A stretch of 24,704 nucleotides of DNA from Chiloscyllium plagiosum (lineage: Eukaryota), in the NCBI RefSeq assembly GCF_004010195.1, contig NC_057755.1, positions 12,058,438 through 12,083,141 of the forward strand, read 5' to 3'. The notes below the pieces were generated by a model. It ran no database searches. It worked only from the letters and a program-made list of their open reading frames with translations, and had not been told where the DNA came from. Shown here piece by piece: positions 1-10,014 of this stretch. How positions within the stretch are numbered: the first letter of the stretch is position 1; each line of letters begins with the position of its first letter. The position numbers and the translations under genes were made by a program.

Positions 1-2231
1 AACCCTGCAGAACTCTAGTAGTCACCAGCTGCCATCATGAAAAAGACCTCTTTATCCCCACTCCTTTTCTTTAGTGAGTCAGCTAGTAAATATATTGATA
101 ATATATAATAATATAGTAATATCTGTGCATGCCAATACCTTATCTCTATAACTAGGCTCTTATTAAGCAGGCTTCTCTGCAGCACCTTGTCAAAGGCCTT
201 CTGAAATTTCGAATAGATGTTAAGTCCACTGGCTCTCCTTTGTCTATCCTGCTCATTACCTACTCAAAGAATCTTAACAGATTTGTCAGGTATGACCTCC
301 CCTTGATGAAGCTGTGCTGATTCAGCCCTATTTTACCATGAACTTCAAAATACCCCGCAATCTGATGCTTAATAATGGACTCTTGACTGAGGTCAGGCTT
401 AACTGGTCTATAATGTCTTGCTTTCTCCTCCTTCCCTTCTTAAACAGAAGTGTTATGTTAGCCATTTTCCAGTCCTATGGGAGCTTCCCTGACTCCAATG
501 AGTCCTGAAAGATCACCACCAATGCCTCCACGATCTCCCCCACTATCTCCTTTAGAACCCTGAGTACAGTTCATCTGGTGTAGATTTATGTGCGTTCAGA
601 CCTTCAAGCTTCCTCACACTTACTCCTTAGTAATAACCACTACAATTTCCAAATCCCTGCCCCCGAATGTCTTGAAGTTCTTGTATTTTGCTGGTGTCTT
701 CCACCATGAAGACTGTTGCAAAATACATATTCACTTCCTCTGCCATTTCTTTGTTCCCCATTATTACTTCTCCAGCTTCATTTTCCAGTGGTTGAATATC
801 TACTCTTGCCTCTCTCTTACCTTTTATATATCTTTAAAAAAAGCTTTTGTCGTCGCCTTTTATATTACGAACTAGCTTTCTATCATGTTTCATCTTCTCC
901 TACAAAACCACCTGCCCCCTCCCCCGCCAAAGATTGCTTTATTGGAGTTGTCCTCCACTGGTGTTAAAGGCTTCCTAATCCTCTAACTTCCCACTAATCT
1001 TCACCACATTGTTTTTTCTTTTGCTTTTATGCTGACTTATCAGCCTTGGCCTTCCCCAGTATGTTTCTTCTTCTTTGGGATGAATGTCTACTCTGCTTCC
1101 CAAATTACCCCCAGAAACTCCCAGCCATTGCTACTCCATCATCTTCCCTACTAAGCTCCCCTTCTAATCGTTTCTGGTCAGGATCTTTGTAGTTACATTT
1201 ACTCAATTGTAATACTGTTGTATTTGATTCCAGCTTCTCCCTTTTAACCTGCAAGATGAAATCTGTCATATGGTCACTGCCTCCAGGGGTTCCTTCACCT
1301 TAGCTCCCTAATCACATCTGCTTCATTACACATTACCAGAAACATAATTGCCTATTTGCCTCTACCACAAAAAAAACCGTCTTGTAAACATACACAAATT
1401 CCTTTTCTTGGGATCTGCTGCCAACCCAATTTTCCCAGTCCTGAACTCTCCCATGATCATTTTAATAGGGCTTTTCCTACATGCCTTTTCTATCTCATGA
1501 TTTATTTTCTGCCCCTAGTAGTGCTAGGAGGTCTGCACCTAAGTCCCACCAGGGAGCTTTTTCCTTCACAGTTCCTGAACTCTATTCATACAGATTCTAT
1601 GCCTTCCAACTTTATATTACTTCTTGTTATCGATTTAATTTCATTTCTAACAAGGCAACAGTCTGTGCATCTGCCTGTTCTTTCAATAGGATGCATTTCC
1701 TTGGATATTTAATTCCTCTCGCAGCCATGTCTCTATTATACCTACAACATTGCACCTGCCAATTTCAATCTGCTATACAAGTTAATTTACCTTGTTTCAT
1801 ATACTGCATGGAATTAAGTATAACACCCTTGGACTTGCTTTGACTACCCCAACCCTTCTTATGGTTGTTCCCTTATCTGATGTGCCTGAAGTTAGATTCC
1901 TGAGCCTATCCATACTTTCCCGTAGAGTCCATTCCTAACTATTTAATTTAAAGACCTATCCACAGCCTTGGAATTATGCAATTTGCCCAGGATCTGGTTG
2001 ACACAGTTGGAGTCCATCCTACCAGAACGGCTTCCTCTTTCCACAGTGCTGGTACCAATGTCCTGTGAATTTGAATCTGTTTTTCCCATACCTATCTTTT
2101 GAGGCGTGTGATTACTTCTTTATTCGCAAAGATGTTCTGCCAATTAGCTCTAGGCTCAGATAGTAATCCAGAGATTATTACCTTTTGGTTCAGCTTTATA
2201 ATTAACCTCTAGCTGCTCTAAAATACCTTGG

Positions 2232-3130
2232 ATTGATGTGGGCAGACCGGTACATGTGATCTATGTGGACTATAGTAAGGCGTTCGACAAGGTTCCCCAT
2301 GGGAGACTGATTAGCAAGGTTATATATCACGGAATACAGGGAGAATTAGCCATTTGGATACAGAACTGGCTCAAAGGTAGAAGACAGAATGTGATGGTGG
2401 AGGGTTGTTTTTCAGGTTGGAGGCCTGTGACCAGTGGAGTGCCACAAGGATCGGTGCTGGGTCCTCTACCTTTTGTCATTTACACAAATGATTTGGATGC
2501 GAGCATAAGAGGTACAGTTAGTAAGTTAGCAGATGACACCAAAATTGGAGGTGGAGTGGACAGCGAAGAGGGTTACCTCAGATTACAACAGGGTCTTGAC
2601 CAGATGGGCCAATGGGCTGAGAAGTGGCAGATTGAAACTTGAAAGGGTTCAGAACAGATTTACAAGGATGTTGCCAGGGTTGGAGGTTTTGAGCTATAGG
2701 GAGAGGCTGAACAGGCTGGAGTTGTTTTCCCTGGAGCGTCAGAGGCTGAGGGGTGGCCTTATAGAGGTTCACAAAATTATGAAGGGCATGGATAGGGTAA
2801 ATAGGCAAAGTCTTTTCCCTGGGGTCGGGGAGTCCAGAACGAGAGGGTATAGGTTTAGGGTGAGAGGGGGAAGATATAAAAGAGACCTACGGAGCAACTT
2901 TTTCACACAGAGGGTGGTACATGTATGGAATGAGCTAACAGAGGAAGTGGTGGAGGCTGGTACAATTGTAACATTAAAGAGGCATTTGGATGTGTATATG
3001 AATAGGACGGGTTTGGAGGGATATGGGCCGGGTGCAGGCAGTTGGGACTAGATTGGGTTGGGATATCTGGTCGGCACAGACAGGTTGGACCGAAAGGTCT
3101 GTTTTAATGCTGTGCATTTCTATGACTATG
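2232..3130 (+). mobile_element. 5'-truncated CR1 LINE (RT core to 3' tail, with internal deletion near 2635)
   Basis: ORFs 2238-2642 (YVDYSKAFDKVPH, SGVPQGSVLGP, KLADDTK) and 2533-3051 (LERVQNRFTRM, FFTQRVVHVWNEL); ends in TTTCTATGACTATG tail. Confidence 0.93.
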
Positions 3131-3322
3131 CTCATATTTCCTCTCTTTACATCTATCATCGGTATCTACATGAACCATGACAATTGGATTTTTCGTCTCT
3201 GACTCCAAGCTCTTCTGCAGCCCAGATGAAATATTCTGAACCTGCACAACAGGCAGGCAACACATCCCTCAGCAGTGTCTATTCTACCCACAGAGATCAG
3301 TGTTCCTTCCTGTGATTATACT

Positions 3323-3897
3323 ATAGAATAGAATAGAATGGAGTCAGTTTTCCACTTATGGAGTCATTTTCCACGTATGGAGTCAACTATTATGAGGGGG
3401 CATAGCTTTAAATTAAGCGGTGGTAGGTATAGAACAGATGTTAGGGGTAGATTCTTTACTCAGCGAGTCGTGAGTTCATGGAATGCCCTGCCAGTAGCAG
3501 TGGTGGATTCTCCCTCTTTATGGGCATTTAAACGGGCATAGGATGGGCATATAGAGGATAGTGGGCTAGTGTAGGTTAGGTGGGCTTGGATCGGCGCGAC
3601 ATCAAGGGCCAAAGGGCCTGTACTGTGCTGTATTTTTTCTATGTTCTAGAATCCCCACAATGTAGAAATAGGCCATTTGGCCAAACAAGTCCATCTCGAC
3701 CCTCTGAAGAGTAACCCACCCAGACCCATTTCCCTACTACTCTACATTTCCCCTGACCAATACACCCAACCTGCATATCCTTAGATTGTGGGAGGAAACC
3801 CATGCAGACACGGAATATGTGCAAACTCCATACAGGCGTCCAAGGCTGGAATCCCTGGCGCTGTGAAGAAGCAGTCCTAACCACTGAGCCACCGCAC
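3323..3897 (-). mobile_element. HE1-type (V-SINE) tRNA-derived SINE whose (ATAGA)n tail is split by a CR1 fragment
   Basis: Reverse complement begins GGTGGCTCAGTGGTTAG (A box) at ~3893; body matches SINE copies at 17981, 18458 and 20704; tail ATAGAATAGAATAGAAT at 3323-3339. Confidence 0.88.
3340..3646 (+). mobile_element. Short CR1 3'-end fragment
   Basis: RGHSFKL..GRFFTQRVVSSWNALP (ORF 3338-3541); TTCTATGTTCTA tail; TAGAAT on both sides (3334-3339, 3647-3652) is a possible TSD. Confidence 0.9.
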
Positions 3898-4664
3898 CTG
3901 ATTACAACTCCATTTGTCGTTTCTCCTCCCTGTTGAATCAATCCCTGTACCACAGTGCTGTGGTCAGTTTGCTCATCCTCTGTTATAGCCCCCACATTCA
4001 ACCACACTGAGCAAGAATGTCAAGCCTGTTGGACAAGCTGAAGGATTGAGGTTTCTTCAGCACTACCTCCTGAATCCCTCTAACTGGTTCACTGATGGTC
4101 ATATCCATCTGTCCCTGACCAAATTCAAGTTAGTTAATTTAAGGAGTATGACTGCCTCCTGAAACACGTCATTCTTGTAACATGTCCCCTCCTTGATGTG
4201 TCACAGTGTTTGAAACTCAGACTCCATCTCATTGTCTCTGAGCCAGAGCTCCTCAAGCATCTAGCACTTGCATTAGTTGTGGTCACTACAAACCACAGTG
4301 GGGTCCGTCAACTCCCATATCGTGCAGGTACAACATGTTGCCTGGCCCTGCACCTGTACTTTATTTACTTAGTTCTTAATCTGATTTTTAAAAATTTCCT
4401 ACTGATCTTTTAGTTTGTAACCTGTAAATATTTACCCACTTTACCTTTAATCTGAAAGTAATCTATAATAGTCAAATTAACAGTCATTATCACCAAATGA
4501 ATGTCCAGTTTTCTTGTAATGTCACTGTTTTATGCTGGGCCCTGATCCTGGGCTTCAATTTCTCCTGTATAAAAAAATTTTTTACAAACAATGAGTCAAA
4601 AACGCACCTAATTCACTCTGCACCGAAGTCCCATCAGCGTCCAAATTCCCAACACTACATACCC

Positions 4665-4980
4665 ACTGCTCTTGTAACCACAGTATTTATATGGTGCACC
4701 ATGAGAGTTTTTGATCAATGGTGATCTTCAGGATGTCAACCAAGGAGAATTCAATGATGGTAGTGCCATTGAATATCAAGTGCAGTGGTTAGGTTGCTTC
4801 TTATTGCAGATAGTCATTGCCTGGCATTTGTGAGACGCGAATGTTACTTGTCAGCCCAAGTTTGGATTTGTCCAGATCTTGTTGCATTTGAACATGGGCT
4901 GCTTCAGTATCTGATGAATTATGAATGGTGCTGGACACTGTGCAATCATCAGTGAACATCCTCACTTCTAACTTTATGAT
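4665..4980 (-). mobile_element. Old LINE RT fragment (CR1/L2-group family distinct from the main CR1)
   Basis: Minus-strand IIKLEVRMFTDDCTVSSTIHNSSDTEAAHVQMQQDLD...HKCQAMTI; same family as 7635-8096. Confidence 0.8.
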
Positions 4981-4994
4981 GTGCTATCCTTTGT

Positions 4995-5580
4995 ATGAAA
5001 TGTTTCCTGACATCACCCCTGAATGAACTGGCTTTAATTTTTAAGATTTTGCTCCAATGGTTCACTCTTTGTTAATGCCATTAATCATTAACTTGAATTA
5101 TATTACTCCTTGTGGATCAAAAGTATTACAACCCTAGTCTCTGCAGTCAGCCCTAATAATTGCATGGTTTTAGCTTTGTTATCAATCTGGTAAATATACT
5201 TCCTCAGGAGGGGTCTTATGCCACAATGGTATTGTCCCTACCTCTGTGCCAGAAGCCCTGGGCTCAGGTTCTCTCCACCTCTTCTCTCCCCCTCCCCAAG
5301 CCCTGGAGGTGTGTCACAGCATGTTCAAACAGGTTGATTAAACAACTGTACCTCCTCAGATGTAGTTGCTATTTTGCAGTTCCCAGTGTTGGCTGCTTGT
5401 TCTCCACATGATTGATGTCCCAAGTTCATTTTACCAGTTCTTCCTTCAACCATCCCTAAATTATTCTTAAAAATTGATGTGGTCTCTTCAGTCACTCATT
5501 ACAACTGCCTGTTCCTCTGTATAATAAGGTTTCTGCATTTCCTGTTCTAAATCTCTTGTATTTAAAGCTATATCTGTCAA
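4995..5580 (-). mobile_element. Highly eroded CR1-like 3'-region fragments
   Basis: Minus-strand FTRLITKLKPCNY..LQRLGL (~5130-5200) and a second 3'-end-like stretch at ~5450-5580; weak similarity only. Confidence 0.45.
5207..5342 (+). mobile_element. Short decayed tRNA-derived SINE-like element
   Basis: A-box-like TGCCACAATGG and B-box-like GGGCTCAGGTTC at tRNA-like spacing, inserted in the eroded CR1; ends CAGGTTGATTAAA. Confidence 0.5.
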
Positions 5581-6014
5581 GATAATCACTAGAAAAAGTC
5601 TTGTTATCTGCTGTTTCCCGTCCCTTCACTTAAAACCAATTTTCAAGTTATATTGGCCACTGTTATTCAAGATTTTCTTCATATTTGCAATTACCCCATA
5701 ACCAGACGGCATTGCCTCAAGTTCCTCTATGGAGCCCCATCTAAATTATTGCATTAGTGTGTCAGTTAGCAACTCATGAATTTTGAGCAAGTTCAGACAG
5801 TTGATATGTGTGATAGTCTCTCATTTCAAAGCTGTATTGGTTGATCATGAAGATGGGATGCTCTCATTATTGCTCTACTCTTGATAACAGACCCATGGCC
5901 CCTGTTGAAGTATGTGGATGCTTGAAGCCAGTGACAGAGTTGGGGTCTGCAGCAATCTCCACTCACTAATGTGTAAGAGAGCTTTCTGAACCATACCCCA
6001 GCAAGGAATCCTTT

Positions 6015-6140
6015 CTGAGGGGGAGAAGGAGAGAGAATTAAAGGGGGGGAACAAAAGAGAGGAGCAAAGAGGGTAGGAAAGAGAAAATGGAGGCAAAGAG
6101 AAAGGCAGAAAAGAATAGAGATTTGAAGGAAGGAACCCCA
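6015..6140. repeat. Purine-rich (GA) low-complexity tract
   Basis: Almost exclusively G/A on the + strand. Confidence 0.75.
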
Positions 6141-6395
6141 AAAACATGCAACCTCATGGAAGAGGCAAGAAAAGAACAAGATTAAAACCAAGCTACTCTG
6201 AGGAGGAAATATCTGGAATTTTCCACTTCAGCTATCTATTTGATCAAAACCATTCAGATACTGGCTCTGAATTTGCTCAAGTTGTTTTAATAAAAGGTGC
6301 TGTCCATGCCTCTAAGAAAACAGCTCTCACTTTAAGATGTTTAGCGCATTGGGGTCCTCCATAACAAATGTTTGCCTCTTCCCCGCCTACTGTCC

Positions 6396-6877
6396 AACGC
6401 CAACCTGACCTCCCAGTCACCGCCCACTTTAATTCCCCACCCAACTCCCTTTCCGACATGACCATTCTTAGTCTCCTCCATTGCCACAGCGAATCATATC
6501 TCAAATTGGAGGAACAACACATCTTTCGCTTGGGCAGCCTACAGCCCGGAGGACTCAACATTGAGTTCTCCAATTTCAGATAACCTCTCTTCCCATTCCT
6601 GACTCCTTTCCAAGTCCCTACCTGTCTCTTCCATTCCTCTGATTGATCCTTCATTCCAGCTACCAACCGGATTCATTCCTCCCATCGACCAACCAAGTCG
6701 TACCCTCTAACTGTGTTCACCTATTCCTACTTCACCAACACCAGCCTTCCCCTTTTTAAATTGCAGTTCTCTTTATACTCACCCCTAATCTTGAAGAAGA
6801 GTTACACCCAAAGAATTGACTTCTCCACCTCCTGATGCTGACTGGCTTGCTATGTTCTTCTGGCCTCCTGCTTGTCT
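6396..6877 (+). mobile_element. 5'-truncated Penelope-like element (GIY-YIG C-terminus plus terminal repeat) with 11-bp TSD
   Basis: PDLPVTAHFNSPPNSLSDMTILSLLHC..KLEEQHIFRLGSLQPGGLNIEF*; TSD GCCTACTGTCC at 6385-6395 and 6878-6888; degenerate hammerhead motif at ~6787-6822. Confidence 0.9.
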
Positions 6878-7021
6878 GCCTACTGTCCTCTCTAGCCCAG
6901 TTTTAGCTTTGAAAATTTAATTGTGATCTCCTTCATGTATTTCATCAGAGCAAGCCGTAAACTGAATCCAATCCTTCCATCACTTTACAAACCTCAATGA
7001 GATAATGCAAAGAAAGACTGA

Positions 7022-7213
7022 CATGGGTTTCCTCCGGGTGCTCCGGTTTCCTCCCACAGTCCAAAGATGTTCAGGTCAGGTGAATTGGTCATGCTAAATT
7101 GCTTGTAGTGTTAGGTAAAGGGTAAATGTAGGGGTATAGGTGGGTTGCACGTCGGCAGGTCGGTGTGGACTTGTTGGGCTGAAGGGCCGGTTTCCACACT
7201 GTAATGTAATCTA
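7022..7213 (+). mobile_element. 5'-truncated HE1-type SINE
   Basis: GGGTTTCCTCCGGGTGCTCCGGTTTCCTCCCACAGTCCAAAGATG core and TAATGTAATCTA tail, matching the other copies. Confidence 0.9.
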
Positions 7214-7374
7214 AAAACAGCCCAACACAAGTGAAACCATCAGTGAAGGAGACAAGACCTCATTGCTACACCTGTAACGCATTTCCTTCAGTTTGTGAAT
7301 GGAAAGCATTCACCTTGTTAACTCTCGTACTTGCATTTAAATAGTACCTTTCCTGATCACAAAGTACTTTAATT

Positions 7375-7633
7375 CCAATAAAGTGTTTCTAGTAGTACTA
7401 TCGTAAGAAACATAGTAGCCAAATAGCACACCGCAAGCTCCTTACAGTAGTAATGTTGCACTGACCAGACAATTTGTTTCTGTGATGTTAGTCGGATAAA
7501 TATTAACCAAGACATCAGAAAGAAAGAATTCCCATGCTGTTTTTTTGGAATTGTACCGTGGAAACTATTCCACCTAAGGAGGCAGGTAAGGCCACCGTTT
7601 AATGTTTCAAAACCACACGCTTTCAACGCTGCA
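7375..7633 (-). mobile_element. Ancient Deu-domain SINE (SacSINE1/AmnSINE1-like) fragment
   Basis: Blocks GCACACCGCAAGCTCC, GACCAGACAATTTGTTTCTGTGATGTT, GGATAAATATTAACCAAGACA and CCACCTAAGGAGGCAG..GGCCACCGTTTAATGTTTCA resemble, in order, the reverse complement of the Deu domain as I recall it. Confidence 0.7.
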
Positions 7634-7634
7634 T

Positions 7635-8096
7635 AAAATTGTAAGCTCCAGAAGTGAGGTGAGATTGACTGCCTTTGATATCAAGTTATCAAGGAACTCT
7701 GGCAAAACTGAAGCCAATGGGAATCGGTGGGGAGGACTTTCTGCTCTTTGAAGCCATACCTGGCACATTGAAACAAAAACAGACATTACTGGAAAAGCTG
7801 AGCAGGTATGGCAGCATCTGTGAAGAGAAATCAAAGTTAATGTTTCGGGTCCAGTGATCCTGACACACAGGAACCTTGTATGGTTTTTGGAGGTCAGTCA
7901 TCTCAGCTCCAGGGTATCTCTACAACAGTTCATCAGTATCCTAGGTCCCACCATCTTCAGCTGCTTCATTAATGGACTTCCCTCCATCATAAAGTCAGAA
8001 ATTGGGGATGTTCACTGATGACTGCAATGGTCATCACCATTCATGTTTCCTCAGAAACTGAATCTGTCATGCCCAAATGCAGCAAGACAACATTCA
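7635..8096 (+). mobile_element. Old LINE RT fragment (same family as 4665-4980), split by a PLE terminus
   Basis: QGTLAKLKPMGIGG...GGQSSQLQGIS...LGPTIFSCFINGLPSIIKSE.GMFTDDC. Confidence 0.82.
7768..7858 (-). mobile_element. Short PLE terminal-repeat fragment
   Basis: Reverse complement GGATCACTGGACCCGAAACATTAAC...CAGATGCTGCCATACCTGCTCAGCTTTTCCAG; flanked by CCTG(G/A)CACA at 7759-7767 and 7859-7867 (9-bp TSD, 1 mismatch). Confidence 0.8.
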
Positions 8097-8343
8097 CTCA
8101 TTTTTGGTTGAGAGGTAGCAAGGAAATCATTCCATTGATAAAAATATTGTTGATCAAAGTCCTCTTTAAACAACCCCTTGTCAAATTCCCAGGATCCGGG
8201 AGAATGGGGCTGAAGTAAAGCTGGTGATGATCAGTGTTGTGCAGTGAATGTTCCCACTCTGTTCAATGTCTATATGGATTGAATGCAGTGACTGGTTGGG
8301 CAGGGAGTGCATTTGGTTGGAATTCACCTTTAAAAAACTTACT

Positions 8344-8430
8344 TATTTTTTGATAAAAAAGAATAAAGCAAACATATGGACAAAAGCAAACGTTCAGGAA
8401 TGTTTATGTTTGAACAGGGTGATGGAGGGC
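8344..8430. repeat. Left arm of 87-bp inverted repeat (partner 9928-10014)
   Basis: TATTTTTTGATA...GGTGATGGAGGGC is the reverse complement of 9928-10014 with 4 mismatches. Confidence 0.95.
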
Positions 8431-8451
8431 ATGGTTAATCACACTGCAGAA

Positions 8452-8592
8452 GGGAGATAGTGCGGACTGCAGGTGCTGGTAAGTCAGAGTTGATAAAATG
8501 TGCAGCTGGAAAAAGCACAGCAGGTAAGCAGCATCAGAGAAGCAGAAGAGTTGATGTTTTGGGCAGGACCCTTCATCAAGACTGGAGAAGGG
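8452..8592 (-). mobile_element. PLE terminal repeat with ~40-bp tail and decayed hammerhead motif
   Basis: Reverse complement TTGATGAAGGGTCCTGCCCAAAACATC...GATGCTGCTTACCTGCTGTGCTTTTTCCAG...CCAGCACCTGCAGTCC. Confidence 0.85.
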
Positions 8593-8594
8593 GC

Positions 8595-9728
8595 AGTGAA
8601 GAAGATGCTGAGGTTCAGGGAGGGACTGAGACTCAGACGCAAGAACTGCTGTGAAGAACGAGCTCAACTTTGGAATGTTGTCTGGTAAAACTGAAAGACA
8701 AAGGAGTGAAGAGTGCTCAACCCAATACATTCAAATAATCTTTGGAAGACTTAGAATGTATAGTCAACGAAAACACCCTTGCAGTTCCTAACTGCATCAA
8801 ATGTGACATTCACTATCATGCATCACTGAAACTTAAAACACAGTGAGATCAGTTGCTCAGTTCCAAAGGGTTATGAACATGGGAATAGTGAAAATATTGG
8901 TTACGTTGTGTCCTTTTCTGTAGCCAATATCCACAGAATGCAGGGAGACCAGTGTGTGCAAAAACAAGAGGGCAAAGCAAGTAGATAGGGTAGTAAAGAT
9001 GTGTGGCATGCTTGCCTTTATTGGTAAGGGGATTGAGTACAAGAATCAGGATGTCATGCTGCAGCTTTATAAGATTTTGATTAGGTCACACTTAGAGTAT
9101 TGCATTCAATCCTGGTTACTGCATTACAAAAAGGATATGGAGGCTTTGGAGAGGGTGCACTAGAGGTTTACCAGGATGCTGCCTGGATTAGAGGGTATGA
9201 GCGATAATGAGAGGCTAGAAAAACTCGAATTATTTTCTCTGGAGTGGTGGAGGTTGAGGGGAGATTTGATTGAAGTCTACAAAGAAGATTATGCTGAGGC
9301 AGGGTTGACAATAAGAATCTTTTTGCAAGAGTTACAATGTTAATGCTAGAGGGCATGCATTTAAGGTGAGAGGGACAAATCTTTTACACAGAGAATGGTA
9401 GGAGTCTGGAATGCACTGCCGGGGTGGTGGTGGAAGCAGGTATGGTAGGGGCAATTAAGGGACTTTTAGATATGCATATGAATATGCAAAGAATGGGCGT
9501 ATATGGATCAAGGGCAGGCAGAAGGGATTAATTACTTTGGTATCAGAGCTGAAGGGCCTGTTCCTGTGCTGTACTGTTCTAGTTCTAACGTAGAATGGAA
9601 GCAGGACTGGTTACACAATGAAAGCAACAATTCTCTTTGAAGGATAAAAAACTCACGACCTTTCATTATTTGAACCCATGTTGAAGACCAGAGGGTTCAA
9701 CTGCAACCCCGGTAGCAGGAATCACTGA
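8595..9728 (+). pseudogene. Putative decayed HUH-endonuclease (rolling-circle Rep-like) reading frame, interrupted by CR1 8941-9591
   Basis: DIHYHASLKLK at 8805-8837, preceded by *LHQ in an adjacent frame (8789-8800); YTMK at 9612-9623 is in the same frame and 48 codons downstream after removing 8941-9597 (657 bp). Multiple stops; motif-level evidence only. Confidence 0.4.
8941..9591 (+). mobile_element. 5'-truncated CR1 3' fragment
   Basis: QVDRVVK..GMLAFIGKGIEYK..LQLYKILIRSHLEYCIQSW..LERV; TGTACTGTTCTAGTTCTA tail; TSD AGAATG at 8935-8940 and 9592-9597. Confidence 0.92.
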
Positions 9729-9852
9729 TGATTATGAGCTGGTCCGTAAACTAAATCTTTTTTCTGTGACTTCCCGTAAATCCAAAACCGCAAAAACAAC
9801 ATAAGGTGGGAGAATGAAAGGAAAGGAAGTTGCCAGGAACATAAATATGTAA

Positions 9853-9927
9853 CAGTCCAAAATGTTGCCTCTCTTACTCCTCAGATGCTGCCTGACCTGC
9901 TGTGCTTTTTCCACACCACACTTTATC
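9853..9927 (+). mobile_element. PLE terminal-repeat fragment without tail
   Basis: CCAAAATGTTG...GATGCTGCCTGACCTGCTGTGCTTTTTCCA; inverted homolog of ~8492-8566. Confidence 0.82.
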
Positions 9928-10014
9928 GCCCTCCATCACCCTGTTCAAACATAAACATTCCTGAACATTTGCTTTTGCTCATATGTTTGCTTTATTCTTT
10001 TCTATCAAAAAATA
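9928..10014. repeat. Right arm of 87-bp inverted repeat (partner 8344-8430)
   Basis: GCCCTCCATCACC...TATCAAAAAATA; 83/87 identical to the reverse complement of 8344-8430. Confidence 0.95.

Larger units (their letters stand above)
1943..4353 (-). pseudogene. CR1 ORF1 remnant (N-terminal Cys/zipper region plus SGNH/GDSL esterase-like domain), interrupted twice
   Basis: Starts (V/M)QGQATCCTCTIWEL at 4353. VVIR|DSII (GDS-like block) is rejoined across 3323-3897. Also CCLPVVQVQNISSGL..PIVMVHVDTDD (3130-3300), KVIISGLLSEPRANW (~2140-2190) and FKFTGHWYQH (~2045-2080). Confidence 0.8.
1..4650 (-). mobile_element. Decayed CR1-clade LINE (5' UTR, ORF1, ORF2 endonuclease and most of RT; continues off the left edge), split by younger insertions at ~2232-3130 and 3323-3897
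   Basis: Minus-strand translation gives RT motifs NQHSFIKGRSYLTNLLRFFE and FQKAFDKV (~180-330), RVLKEIVGEIVEALVVIFQDSLESGKLP (~480-560), and an APE endonuclease N-terminus near 1720-1830 (GIIETWL). Many stops and frameshifts. The 5' UTR limit is approximate. Confidence 0.88.

Noticed and set aside
88..123. AT-rich stretch (TAATATA-like)
   Set aside because: Short simple-sequence expansion inside the CR1; no spacer/repeat or regulatory structure.
314..1843. Several plus-strand ORFs of 64-120 aa
   Set aside because: Antisense shadows of the decayed minus-strand CR1 ORF2; no independent protein features.
5826..6191. Hydrophobic, membrane-protein-like minus-strand ORFs
   Set aside because: Produced by the CT-rich complement of the GA low-complexity tract.
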